A DNA stretch of 64,000 nt, from assembly GCA_964202905.1 (NCBI GenBank), contig CAXNJO010000005.1, forward strand, positions 224,001 through 288,000, in the 5' to 3' direction. The position numbers and the translations under genes are program-made. Each line of letters starts with the position of its first letter. Positions within the stretch are counted from its first letter, which is position 1. The DNA is from Polyangiales bacterium. Its GTDB lineage: Bacteria > Myxococcota_A > Polyangia > Polyangiales > JADJQN01. Positions 53,291 through 62,888 of the stretch are shown here, one piece after another. Below the pieces are notes generated by a model that ran no database searches, was not told the origin of the DNA, and saw nothing but the letters and a program-made list of their open reading frames with translations.

Positions 53291-55501
53291 CTACGCCTTC
53301 GACTCCCCGTCCTTCGCCTCGCTGGCCTTCGCCGCATCACCCTTCGCCGTGCGCGTGCCGGCGACGTAGAGCAGCACGGCGATGGCTGCGAACCAGAGCA
53401 GCGCCCAGCCGTCGCGCGCGTCCTGCGCGTGACCGGGCTCGCCCGCGACCGTGTGGCCGAGCCAGCCGAGCGCGCCGGAGACGTCGATGGCGCCTGCGAC
53501 GCCGCCCGCAGCGAGGCCGGCGAGCACGAGGCCCGCGATGGCGCCGCCCGCGATGTAGCCCGAGGAGAGCAGCGTGCCGGGCGAGGTCTCGCTCTCGGCC
53601 TCGCTCGCCTTCGTGCGGCGGTCGACGAAATAGCGCACGAGGCCGCCGGCCATGATCGGCACGCTCGTCGAGATGGGGAGATAGAGGCCGACCGCGAAGG
53701 GCAAGGAGGCCACACCGCAGAGCTCCATCATCAGCGAGATGAACACGCCGATCAGCACGAGGGCCCACGGCAGCTTCTGCGTGAGAATCCCATCGATGAT
53801 GAGCGAGAAGAGCTGCGCCTTCGGCGCGTCGAGCTTCGTCAGCTTCTTGCCGTCGAGCTCGCGCACCACGCCACCGATGCCCGGATCGACGAGGAAGCGC
53901 GGGTGTCCCGCGTCGTCGACCAGATAACGCCCCTGCGGGATCGTCTCGCCCGATTCGCGCTGGAAACCGACGCGGTACGGCTGGTGGTCGGGCGCCTCCT
54001 GGCGCTCATCCGTCACCACCGACACACGCGCATCGCCATACGAACGCGGCACGATCGTCGTGTACGCGTCGTTGAGCATGTTCACCGTGTAGCCGATGAC
54101 GAGCGCGCTCGTGACGACGCCGACCAGCAATCCGATCTGCTGGTGACGCGGTGTCGCACCCACGAGGAATCCCGTCTTCAGGTCCTGCGAGGTGGTGCCG
54201 CCGTTCGACGCCGCGACACACACGATCGCGCCGGTCACGAGCGCCATCGCGCGGTAGCCCGAGCCCGTCCAGCCGACGAGCAGGAAGAGCAGGCACGTCA
54301 CGAGCAGCGTCGCGACGGTCATGCCGCTGATCGGGTTCGACGAGGAGCCGATCTCGCCGGTGATGCGCGACGACACCGTCGTGAAGAGGAAGCCGAAGAT
54401 CACGACGAGCAGCGCGGACGCGAAGTTGATGCCGAGCGGCGGCGCGAGCCAGATCGCGAGCACGAGCGCGAGGCTGCCGCCGATCACCCACGTGATCGGC
54501 AGATCGCGCGCGGTGCGGGGCACCTCGGGCACGCCGCCCCCGGCGCGCGCGTCCTTCTTCGCGGCCTGGGCCGCGCGGAAGGTGCGCATCCCGCCGACGA
54601 AGGCCGAGGCGATCGTCGGCAACGCCCGCGCGAGCGAGACGAGCCCGCCCGTCGCGACGGCGCCCGCGCCGATGTAGAGCACGTAGGCGCCGCGCATCTC
54701 GTGCGGGGACATGTCGCGCACCAGCATCTCCGTCGCCGGGTAGAGCGGCGCGTCGAGCGGCCCGCCGAACATCGCGATGGCCGGCATGATCACGAGGTAG
54801 CCGAGCACGCCGCCGGCGAGCATCGTCGCGCTGATGCGCGGGCCGATGATGTAGCCGACGCCGAGCAGCTCCGGTGAGATCTCGGCGCCGACGCTCGCGC
54901 CGCGGTACCACGAGAGCATGCGCTCGGGCGCTTCGTTGAAGAGGCGCAGCCCCGAGGCGAAGAGCTTGTAGAGCACGCCGACGCCGAAGCCCGTGAACAC
55001 GGTCCGCGCGTTGGTGCCGCCCTGCTCGCCGACGACGAGCACCTCCGCGCAGGCGGTGCCCTCGGGGTACGGCAGCTTGCCGTGCTCCTTCACGATGAGG
55101 CCCTCGCGCAGCGGGATCATCATGAGCACGCCGAGCACGCCGCCGAGCAGCGCGCAGAGCAGCACCTGCATCGCGTCGAGCTCGTAGCCCATGAGCAACA
55201 GCGCGGGCAGCGTGAAGGCGATGCCCGCCGCGAGCGACTCGCCCGCCGAGCCCGTCGTCTGCACGATGTTGTTCTCGAGGATCGTCGCGCGGCCGAAGGC
55301 CCGGAAGATCGTGATCGAGAGCACCGCGATGGGGATCGACGCGCTCACCGTGAGCCCGACCTTCAGCGCGAGGTACACGCTCGACGCGGCGAACACGACG
55401 CCGAGCGCGGCGCCGACGACGACGGCGCGCACGGTGAGTTCGCGGACGCTCGCGCTCGCGGGGATGTAGGGCTGGTGTGTCGCGGGCTCGGAGGCGGGCA
55501 T
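53291..55501 (-). CDS. OPT family oligopeptide transporter
   Basis: ELTVRA, YLALKVG, ENNIVQT, YPEG, SNPISGM, SQDLKTG and APKA motifs. Confidence 0.95.
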   Translation of the reverse strand: MPASEPATHQPYIPASASVRELTVRAVVVGAALGVVFAASSVYLALKVGLTVSASIPIAVLSITIFRAFGRATILENNIVQTTGSAGESLAAGIAFTLPALLLMGYELDAMQVLLCALLGGVLGVLMMIPLREGLIVKEHGKLPYPEGTACAEVLVVGEQGGTNARTVFTGFGVGVLYKLFASGLRLFNEAPERMLSWYRGASVGAEISPELLGVGYIIGPRISATMLAGGVLGYLVIMPAIAMFGGPLDAPLYPATEMLVRDMSPHEMRGAYVLYIGAGAVATGGLVSLARALPTIASAFVGGMRTFRAAQAAKKDARAGGGVPEVPRTARDLPITWVIGGSLALVLAIWLAPPLGINFASALLVVIFGFLFTTVSSRITGEIGSSSNPISGMTVATLLVTCLLFLLVGWTGSGYRAMALVTGAIVCVAASNGGTTSQDLKTGFLVGATPRHQQIGLLVGVVTSALVIGYTVNMLNDAYTTIVPRSYGDARVSVVTDERQEAPDHQPYRVGFQRESGETIPQGRYLVDDAGHPRFLVDPGIGGVVRELDGKKLTKLDAPKAQLFSLIIDGILTQKLPWALVLIGVFISLMMELCGVASLPFAVGLYLPISTSVPIMAGGLVRYFVDRRTKASEAESETSPGTLLSSGYIAGGAIAGLVLAGLAAGGVAGAIDVSGALGWLGHTVAGEPGHAQDARDGWALLWFAAIAVLLYVAGTRTAKGDAAKASEAKDGESKA

Positions 55502-55578
55502 GCGCCGGTGTGTAACACGGCCGCTCCGTCGGCCGCGTCCCTACCCTCGGCGCCGGGCCGCGCGTACCCTCTCCGCCC

Positions 55579-56418
55579 ATGTCCACGCTCGTCCCCGACG
55601 CCGCGCTCGCCCTCCCTGCCGCCGCGCCCGACGCGCCCGCGCCGACGTCGACCGTTGCCCGCGTGGTTTCCGAAGTGGCAACGACCGCACCCGAAGACGC
55701 CGCGTCGACGACTTCGGAGACCACGAAAAGCCATGTAAACATGGATGTTGCGACAGTTTCCCGGGTGTCAACATCGGCGCCTGCGCGGGGGATGTCCACC
55801 GCCGCGCCCGCGCTCCCGCCCGACGTCACGGCGGCGCTCGAGCGGGGCGCCACGCAGCTGGCCGGGGCGCTCGGCTCGGGGCTGCGCGCCGCGTCGCGAT
55901 CGATCGAGGCCTCGAGCCCCGGGGCGCTCGAGGCGCTGCTCGAAGAGGCGCCGCCCCTCGACGTCACGACGACCGATCCGCTCGCCGCGCTCGCCGCGCG
56001 CCTCGCCGCCGAGAGCGACTTCGGACGACGGCTCGCGCTCCGCTCGCTGCAACGCGCCGTCGGCGCCGACCGCGCGTCCTACGCCGTGGTGGCCGGCACG
56101 CTCGCCGGCGCGCTCGGCCTCGGCGTCGTCGCCGCGATCGGCGCGCTCTTCCCCGGCGAGCATGCGGCCACGCGCGCGGCCCTCCTGCTCGGCGGCGGCG
56201 CCGCGCTCCTCGTCGCCGCGCTCGTCGGCTACGTCTTCACCGACACGGTCCGCCGCGCCCAGCAGGACACCGCCCGCCGCGCCCAGGAGAACGCCGCGCG
56301 CGCCGAGCGCCGCCTGCAGCGCCTCGCGATCGCGCTCGCCCTGCGCGCCGTCGACCCCGACGCGCACCGCGCCGCGCTCGTGAAGTGGCTCGACGCGGAC
56401 GACCCCGCGACGCGCTGA
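55579..56418 (+). CDS. Hypothetical membrane protein (start 55579 or 55792)
   Basis: Two TM helices and a C-terminal coiled coil; two MST... start candidates. Confidence 0.65.
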   Translation: MSTLVPDAALALPAAAPDAPAPTSTVARVVSEVATTAPEDAASTTSETTKSHVNMDVATVSRVSTSAPARGMSTAAPALPPDVTAALERGATQLAGALGSGLRAASRSIEASSPGALEALLEEAPPLDVTTTDPLAALAARLAAESDFGRRLALRSLQRAVGADRASYAVVAGTLAGALGLGVVAAIGALFPGEHAATRAALLLGGGAALLVAALVGYVFTDTVRRAQQDTARRAQENAARAERRLQRLAIALALRAVDPDAHRAALVKWLDADDPATR

Positions 56419-56559
56419 GTCGCCCGCGCGACGGCCGACGCCTGCACCGCACGCGACCTCCGCGACACGGCGATCCCGCGTTCGTTCTCCCAGGTCTTGG
56501 CTTACCATCGCGCGCCTGAGCGGCGGCCGAGCACCGCGAACCACGAGGAACGCTGCGAC

Positions 56560-58539
56560 ATGGAGCGCATCGAGGACATCCGGCGCGAGATCGAGCGCCT
56601 GCGTCGGGACTACGACGAACTCCGGCACGAGGTCGCGGGCATCGCGCGCGCGGGAGGCCGCAGCCGCGAGAGCTCACGGCCCGCGGCGCGCGTCGAGCCC
56701 GCCGCGGCCGGGGCGACGGCAGAGTCGCTCTTGCAGTTCGTCTACCGCGCCGAAGGTCGGCACCGCGACGGACCGCCGGCCGAGCAGCTCACGCTCGACG
56801 ACCTGACCACGGCGCTGCGCGACGTGCTGCCGGGGCACATCCAGGCGCACCTCCGCACCGTGCAGGCGTGGCGCCACGTGGGCGCGCACGACGGGGGCGG
56901 GACGCACGCCGTGGAGGACGCGACGCTCGAGGCGGTGGAGACCGCCGTGACCCACGTCGTGATGTGGTTCGTCTTGGACCGGCTGGGCGGGAAATTTCCG
57001 CTGCCCGAAGACCCGCGGGTCCTCGCGGAACCGCCACCAGTCGAGCTCGAGGAGTGGCGCGAGTTGTACTGGTGGACGATGCGCGCGGGGACGCCGAAAC
57101 TCCTCGAGAAGGCCGCGCTCGACGCGGCGCAGAAGCGGCGCCAGCTCAGCGCCGCTGCGGTCGAGGGTGTACGGAAGGCGTACAAGCGGGACGACGTGAG
57201 CCTGCGGGACGCCATCGCCGAAGCGCTCGACGATGGCGGGCTCGAGGAGCACTGGCTCGACGCGCTCGAGGAGCTGCGCGTGATCGGCTGCATCTCGGCG
57301 CGCGAGGCCGAGCGGATCGCCGCGAGCGTGATCGGCGACATCAAGCTTTCGCTGCCGCCGCACCCCGAGTGGCTGGTGGCCGCCGCGCGCGCGCGCACCT
57401 ACAAGATGGAAGAAGAGGCGCGGCGCGCACGCGAAGCGGCCGAGACCGAAGCCCGCGCGAAGGCGGAAGCCGAAGAGCGCGCGCGCGTCGAGCGCGAGGC
57501 CGAGGCGCAGCGCCAGCGCGAGGCGGACGAGGCCGAGGAGCGCGCGCTCGCCGAGGCGGAAGCGAAGGCGAAGGCCGAGGCCGAGGCGAGGCAGCGCGTT
57601 CAGGTCGAGGCGGAGCTGCGGTTGCGGCTCGAGCTGGAAGCCCAGGCGAAGGCGGAACGCGAGGCGCGCGCGGCGCGCGAGTGGGCCGCCACGGAGGCCC
57701 GTGCGCGGGCGGAGCGCGAGGCCCGTGCGAAGGCCGAGGCCGAGGCGCGCGCGCGGCTCGAGGCGGAAGAGCGCGCGAAGCGCCCGGCCTGGGTGCGGCC
57801 CTGGATGACGGGCTGGGGCCACGACGCGCTCGGCGCGTGGGCGACGGCGTCGATCGCGGGCGTGAGCGTGAAGTTCCGCGGCTGCCCCGTCGGCAAGTTC
57901 GTGATGGGCTCGCAGGCCTCGGAAGAGGGGCGCTGGGACGACGAGGGCCCTCCGCACGAGGTTGAGCTCACACAGGCCTTCTGGCTCGCCGAGACGCCCG
58001 TCACGCAGTCGCTCTGGCAGGCGACGATGGGGAGCAACCCCAGCAAGTTCCGCGGCACGGAGCGCCCTGTCGAGCAGGTGAGTTGGGAGGATTGTCAGCA
58101 GTTCTTGTCACGGGTGAACGGCGCGCAGCCCGGCCTGAACCTGCGTCTGCCGACCGAGTCGGAGTGGGAGTACGCGTGCCGCGCCGGGACCCAGGGCGCG
58201 ACGTGGCTGGGCGCCAGCAGCCCCGCGACGCTGAGCCGGATCGCCTGGTACGAGCGCAACAGCGAGAGCCAGACGCGACCCGGGCGGCAGAAGGAGAGCA
58301 ACCCCTGGGGCCTCCACGACATGCTCGGCAACGTGTGGGAGTGGTGCGCGGATTACACCGGTGCCTACGGCGCGGGGCGTGTCGTCGACCCGATCGGGCC
58401 CGCGTCCGGCACGCTGCGCGTCTACCGCGGCGGCTCGTGGTTCTACGGCACGCGTGACGCGCGCGCCGCGCGCCGCCTCGCGCACGACCCCGGCGCCCGC
58501 TTCGACGACCTCGGATTCCGCATCGCGCGCACGCAGTGA
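56560..58539 (+). CDS. FGE-sulfatase (SUMF1/CLec) domain protein with N-terminal DUF4145/HEPN-like domain and TolA-like coiled coil
   Basis: [49 protein letters not shown] and GFR; RHVGAH in the N-terminal helical domain. Confidence 0.88.
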   Translation: MERIEDIRREIERLRRDYDELRHEVAGIARAGGRSRESSRPAARVEPAAAGATAESLLQFVYRAEGRHRDGPPAEQLTLDDLTTALRDVLPGHIQAHLRTVQAWRHVGAHDGGGTHAVEDATLEAVETAVTHVVMWFVLDRLGGKFPLPEDPRVLAEPPPVELEEWRELYWWTMRAGTPKLLEKAALDAAQKRRQLSAAAVEGVRKAYKRDDVSLRDAIAEALDDGGLEEHWLDALEELRVIGCISAREAERIAASVIGDIKLSLPPHPEWLVAAARARTYKMEEEARRAREAAETEARAKAEAEERARVEREAEAQRQREADEAEERALAEAEAKAKAEAEARQRVQVEAELRLRLELEAQAKAEREARAAREWAATEARARAEREARAKAEAEARARLEAEERAKRPAWVRPWMTGWGHDALGAWATASIAGVSVKFRGCPVGKFVMGSQASEEGRWDDEGPPHEVELTQAFWLAETPVTQSLWQATMGSNPSKFRGTERPVEQVSWEDCQQFLSRVNGAQPGLNLRLPTESEWEYACRAGTQGATWLGASSPATLSRIAWYERNSESQTRPGRQKESNPWGLHDMLGNVWEWCADYTGAYGAGRVVDPIGPASGTLRVYRGGSWFYGTRDARAARRLAHDPGARFDDLGFRIARTQ

Positions 58540-58712
58540 GGGGTTGCGCGGACATGCCCACATCTCGGGAGAGGGGGATTCACGAGAATCCCACTTTCCG
58601 CGTCCGTGAACTCTGAATCCCAACACCTCCGGAATCGCATCGGCGTCGCGCGTGACGGGGCGCGGTGTCTCCCACACGCGCGCCCCTCACCGACACTTCG
58701 CGAATCCCGCGC

Positions 58713-60704
58713 TCACCCCAGAATCGGCACGCAGACGTTCGAGACGTCCATCGAGGAAACGCGCGGGGAGAGGACGGTGGTGCCCGTCGTGCGCTCGCTC
58801 TCGAGGCGCACTTCGAGCTCCAGGTAGAGCTCGGGGTCGATGCCCTCGGCCATCAGCGCGGCGCGGATGTCGGCGGGCGCGGCGTCGGGGGGGACGTTCG
58901 CGACGATCACCCACGTCGCCGCGTCGAGGTCCGCGCGCGTCGCGGCGGTGCGGACGCGGAAGCGCAGGCTCGTGCCGGGGACGACGTCGGCCGCCCAGAT
59001 CAGGTCGCGCCACTCGGTCGTGGTCGTCGGGTCGGTGCAGCCCTCGAACACGTGGCGGTAGTAGCCGAAGGGGTTGGTCGCGAGCCGCAGCTGCTGGCCC
59101 GTCATGTCCGAGTACGTGTAGCGCACGGACGGGCCCGGCGAGACGCCGAGCGTGACCGTCGCGTCGTCGATCCCGGGGCCAGGGACGATGACGGTTGCGT
59201 CGTTGTCGCCGCCTTGGTTGATCGCCCAGACCTTGCCATCCTGGTCGATGGCCATGCCCTTCGAGCGTGGCCCGCCCGTGCCCGCGACGACCCGGAAGGT
59301 CATGTCGTCGGCGTCGACGCGCAGGACGCCGCTGCCATGGCCGGCGGCCCATACATAACCGACACCGTCGGCGGCGATCCCGTGCATGGGAAAGCCCGGC
59401 GCGACGGTCGCGAAGCGCGCACCCGGCGCGGCGCGCGGGTCGTAGCGCATCACGACGTCACCGCCGCCATAGCCCGCGACCCACACGCGCTGCATGAAGT
59501 CCACGGTGATGCCGTAGGTCTCGCCGGGCGCGGGGATGCGCTGTTTCACGCAGTCGTCGGAGCCGGGGCCCTGCCCTTCGCACGCGGGGGCGGCGCAGCT
59601 CGCGTCGTCGATGCAGCGGAGCGTGTCGATGCGGCCGAGCGCCTGCGGCGCACCACGGCCCGAGATCCAGAGGTTGCCGACGCCGTCGAGCGCGAAGCCG
59701 TAGTTGGTCGTCGGCGACTCGGTGCGGAGCACGGGCGCGCCCGTCTGACCGTCGAGCTTCCACACGGTGCGGTTCCACGCGCCGATCCACACGTAGGGGA
59801 TGACCTCGCCGTCCGGCCCGGTGACGTCCTGCGCAGCGGCCGAGCGGATCAGATCTGCCTCGGGGAGCGGCGTGTGCCACAGCACGCACTCGTCGGTGCC
59901 CCAGGGCTTCACGTCGCCGGGCCCCGTCGAGGTGTTGACCATCCCGTCGCCGTTCGCGTCGGGGCAGTCGGCGCCGAGCACGGAGATCTTCGTGATGCTG
60001 CGACCCGAGCGGTTGGCGACGTAGACGTCGCCGAGCGAGTTGACCGTGGTGCGGGACGGGTCGTTGCCACCGCCGCCCGGCGAGCCGGAGCCCGTGCCAT
60101 CCGGCCCGGTGATGTAGCGCGCGAGCTCGGTGTAGGTGTCGGTGTCGACCTTCGAGACGGTGCCCTCGACGGTGTTCGCGATCCAGATGATGCGGGTGTT
60201 GACCGCGCGCGAGTCGAGGACGAGGGCGCCATCGGGGTCGACACCGACGCCGTCCGCGGTGTCACCGGTGCTGCCGTCCGGCACGAAGGGCACGCCGGCG
60301 CCGATGCCGATTCCCGTGCTCAGGCACGAGGGGTCGCAGTCGCCGCAGGCCGAGCGCACCTCCTCGTCGACCTCGCCGTCGCAGTCGTTGTCGTTGCCGT
60401 CGCAGACCTCGACGCCGGTCTGCGTGCGGTCAGCGTCGTCGCAGTCGGGGCCGCGCGGGCAGCGCGCGCCGTAGCCGTCTCCGTCGCGGTCGACGCAGCT
60501 CGCCGGGAGCGGCGCACAGCGGCCATCGACGCACATCCCCGAGGGGCACGTCGCGCTGCTCGTGCAAGGGCGCGGCCCGCTGACGAGCTCGCCCCCGCCG
60601 CAGTCGCAGCCCGCGGTCACCGCGAGCGCCGACGCGAGCGCGAAGGCGAGACGCGACGCGACGCCTGTCGCGTGGGGGGACCGATGAACACGGGCTCGGG
60701 ACAT
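58713..60704 (-). CDS. Lipoprotein with MopE repeats and Vgb-like beta-propeller
   Basis: Lipobox TAGC; EVCDGNDNDCDG; IWIANT, PSRTTV, YGITVD and YTYSDMTG. Confidence 0.8.
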   Translation of the reverse strand: MSRARVHRSPHATGVASRLAFALASALAVTAGCDCGGGELVSGPRPCTSSATCPSGMCVDGRCAPLPASCVDRDGDGYGARCPRGPDCDDADRTQTGVEVCDGNDNDCDGEVDEEVRSACGDCDPSCLSTGIGIGAGVPFVPDGSTGDTADGVGVDPDGALVLDSRAVNTRIIWIANTVEGTVSKVDTDTYTELARYITGPDGTGSGSPGGGGNDPSRTTVNSLGDVYVANRSGRSITKISVLGADCPDANGDGMVNTSTGPGDVKPWGTDECVLWHTPLPEADLIRSAAAQDVTGPDGEVIPYVWIGAWNRTVWKLDGQTGAPVLRTESPTTNYGFALDGVGNLWISGRGAPQALGRIDTLRCIDDASCAAPACEGQGPGSDDCVKQRIPAPGETYGITVDFMQRVWVAGYGGGDVVMRYDPRAAPGARFATVAPGFPMHGIAADGVGYVWAAGHGSGVLRVDADDMTFRVVAGTGGPRSKGMAIDQDGKVWAINQGGDNDATVIVPGPGIDDATVTLGVSPGPSVRYTYSDMTGQQLRLATNPFGYYRHVFEGCTDPTTTTEWRDLIWAADVVPGTSLRFRVRTAATRADLDAATWVIVANVPPDAAPADIRAALMAEGIDPELYLELEVRLESERTTGTTVLSPRVSSMDVSNVCVPILG

Positions 60705-60847
60705 CGCGCGCTCCTCTGAGGACGGCCGACCCCACCCCGACGCGGAGCGTGACGACGCCAGCGCATAGCATCACGGATCGTGCCAGCGCGGGCAACTGCG
60801 GACGCCGTGCGGGTGCGGCCGATCGGCGACGATCCGAGGGCGCGCGC

Positions 60848-61678
60848 TCAGCGCCGCGGACGCAGAGCGACGAGCGTGCCGCAGCCCCCGTTCGCTTCGA
60901 CACGCGCCGCGGAGCTCATGCGCACGAGCAGCCCGCGCGTGCGCAGCCGCGCGTAGGCGGCCTCGTAGCGGTCTCGCCCCACGGGCCGCGCGGGGCTCGT
61001 CGGGACGGGGTTGTACGCGTAGAGGTGCACCGGCTGCGCGAGCGGACGCGCGCGCTCGGCGAAGGCGTCGAGCTCGTCGTCGGCGTCGTTCTCGCCCGCG
61101 ATCAGCAGGTAGGCGAGCGCGACCTTGCGGCGCCGCGAGCGCGAGAGCGTCGGCAGCGCGTCCGCCAGCGTGTCGACGAGCACCGCGAGCGTCGGGGCGT
61201 GCGGCACGAGCCGCGCGCGCACGGCCTCGCTGCCCGCGTGCACGGAGATCGTCAGGCCGTTGTGGGGGAGCGCGAGCGCGCGACGCAGGCGCTCGGCGTT
61301 CCCGCCGGAGGTCGTGAGGCTCGGCGGCAGGCGACGTGCGCGCATCGCCTCGACGAAGGCGGCGACCGCGTCGAGGTTGTGGAGCGGCTCGCCGACGCCG
61401 CTCACCGTGACGCGCGCGAGGCCTGCGCCCTCGGGCCGCGCCTGCACGAGCGCGACCTGCGCGCCGAGCTCCGCGGGCGAGAGCTGCCGCCCGAGGCCAT
61501 TGGCGCCCGACGCGCAGAACGGACAGCGCACCGCGCACCCGACCTGCGACGAGACGCAGAGCGTGTCACCGCGGTAGAGCACCGCCTCGACCTCGGCGCC
61601 GTCGTCGAGCGCGACGACGTAGCGCACGTTCTGCGCAGACTCGGCGTCGCCCGCGGCGACCCGCGCGATCGTGGGCAT
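60848..61678 (-). CDS. Short RlmN/Cfr-like radical SAM methyltransferase
   Basis: LCVSSQVGCAVRCPFCASG, GVGEPLHN, ISVHA, GEND and GGCGTL motifs. Confidence 0.88.
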   Translation of the reverse strand: MPTIARVAAGDAESAQNVRYVVALDDGAEVEAVLYRGDTLCVSSQVGCAVRCPFCASGANGLGRQLSPAELGAQVALVQARPEGAGLARVTVSGVGEPLHNLDAVAAFVEAMRARRLPPSLTTSGGNAERLRRALALPHNGLTISVHAGSEAVRARLVPHAPTLAVLVDTLADALPTLSRSRRRKVALAYLLIAGENDADDELDAFAERARPLAQPVHLYAYNPVPTSPARPVGRDRYEAAYARLRTRGLLVRMSSAARVEANGGCGTLVALRPRR

Positions 61679-61690
61679 CGACGGCGCGGC

Positions 61691-62839
61691 CTACTGCGCG
61701 CCCGCCTCGGGATCGTCGCCGACGACGGCCGTCCCCGCGGCCCGCGCCCCCGCGCCGAGCGGCTCCGCGCGCCCGGCGAGCGCGCGCGCACGCGCCCCCC
61801 GGCGCCGACGCGCTGCGTGCCGACCGCAAACGGCGGCGGCGCTGCGGGGTTGCACTGCGGGCCGAAGCCCGCGGCGTCGAACTCGTAGGTCACGCTGCCG
61901 TACGTCTCGCCGCGCAGCGCCTCGACCGTGACCTCGTGCACCCCGGCGCGCGCGGGCGAGCAGTAGCTGAGGAGGTAGAAGCGCTGCGTCGCGGCGACGA
62001 TGCGCGTGCCGATGTCCTCGAAGGCCTGCGTGAGCGCGGCCGCGTCCTCGACGCGCACCGAGCCGTCGCGCCCGATGCGCGCGAGCGTGCGCTCGTCGAT
62101 CTCGTTGCCGACGCCGATCGCGAACACGTCGTGCTCGGACTGTTCGAGCCGGTCGAGCATCGCGTCGAAGGTCACGCGCGACGCGCGATCGGTGCCGTCC
62201 GAGAACACGACCACGGTGCCGAACGCGAGCGGCGTGCGCGCGCGCGAGATCGCCGCGTCGAGCGTCTCGACGGAGGCGACGAGCGCGCCGTGCAGGTTCG
62301 TCGACGGGTCGCGCGGGCGGAAGTTCGAGATGCGCCCAGCGGCGGCCGTGCCTGCGCCGCTCGAGCCGGTGAAGGGCGTGATCGGGTGGATCTCCGGGCT
62401 GCCGTCGAAGGCGTAGATCCCGAGTTTCTGCGTGGTCCCGAGCTTCGCGGCGAAGGCGGCCGCGGCCTGCTCGATGAGCGGCACCTGGTCGCTCTCCGTC
62501 ACCGAGCCGCTCATGTCGACGAGCAGCAGCGTGTAGTGCTCGGCCGCGACCTCGGGGTTGATGATCGTCTGTTTGGACTCGTCGACGCTGACGAGCGCGC
62601 CGTCCTCGTAGATGCGGAAATCCGTCGAGGCGAGGCCGCCCACCGGCTCGCCGCGCGACGTGTCGACCGTGAAGTACATCGCGACGTTGCTCGGCGCGCG
62701 GTGCGCCGCGTCCACGAGCGTCAGCTGGAGTCCGCCTCCGCAGCCCGCCGCGAGCGCGCCGCACGCGAGCGTGGCGAAGAGTCGTGACGGAGACGCGGAC
62801 GCACGTGGGCGCGACAGGGTCGCGGGGGAGGGAGTTCAT
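61691..62839 (-). CDS. VWA-domain lipoprotein, frameshifts near 62785 and 61805
   Basis: Lipobox AAGC; MIDAS LLVDMSGS, STNL, FSDG; YLLSYCSP. Confidence 0.75.
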   Translation of the reverse strand: MNSLPRDPVAPTCVRVSVTTLRHARVRRARGGLRRRTPADARGRGAPRAEQRRDVLHGRHVARRAGGRPRLDGFPHLRGRRARQRRRVQTDDHQPRGRGRALHAAARRHERLGDGERPGAAHRAGRGRLRREARDHAETRDLRLRRQPGDPPDHALHRLERRRHGRRWAHLELPPARPVDEPARRARRLRRDARRGDLARAHAARVRHRGRVLGRHRSRVARDLRRDARPARTVRARRVRDRRRQRDRRAHARAHRARRLGARRGRGRAHAGLRGHRHAHRRRDAALLPPQLLLARARRGARGHGRGAARRDVRQRDLRVRRRGLRPAVQPRSAAAVCGRHAARRRRGARARALAGRAEPLGAGARAAGTAVVGDDPEAGAQ

Positions 62840-62888
62840 GGGCGCGTCGACTATACGTCAGCGCCCCGGCGCGCCGCGCAACACGCGC

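Noticed and set aside
56560..58712. A complete DGR in this window
   Set aside because: No reverse transcriptase, Avd or template repeat is visible
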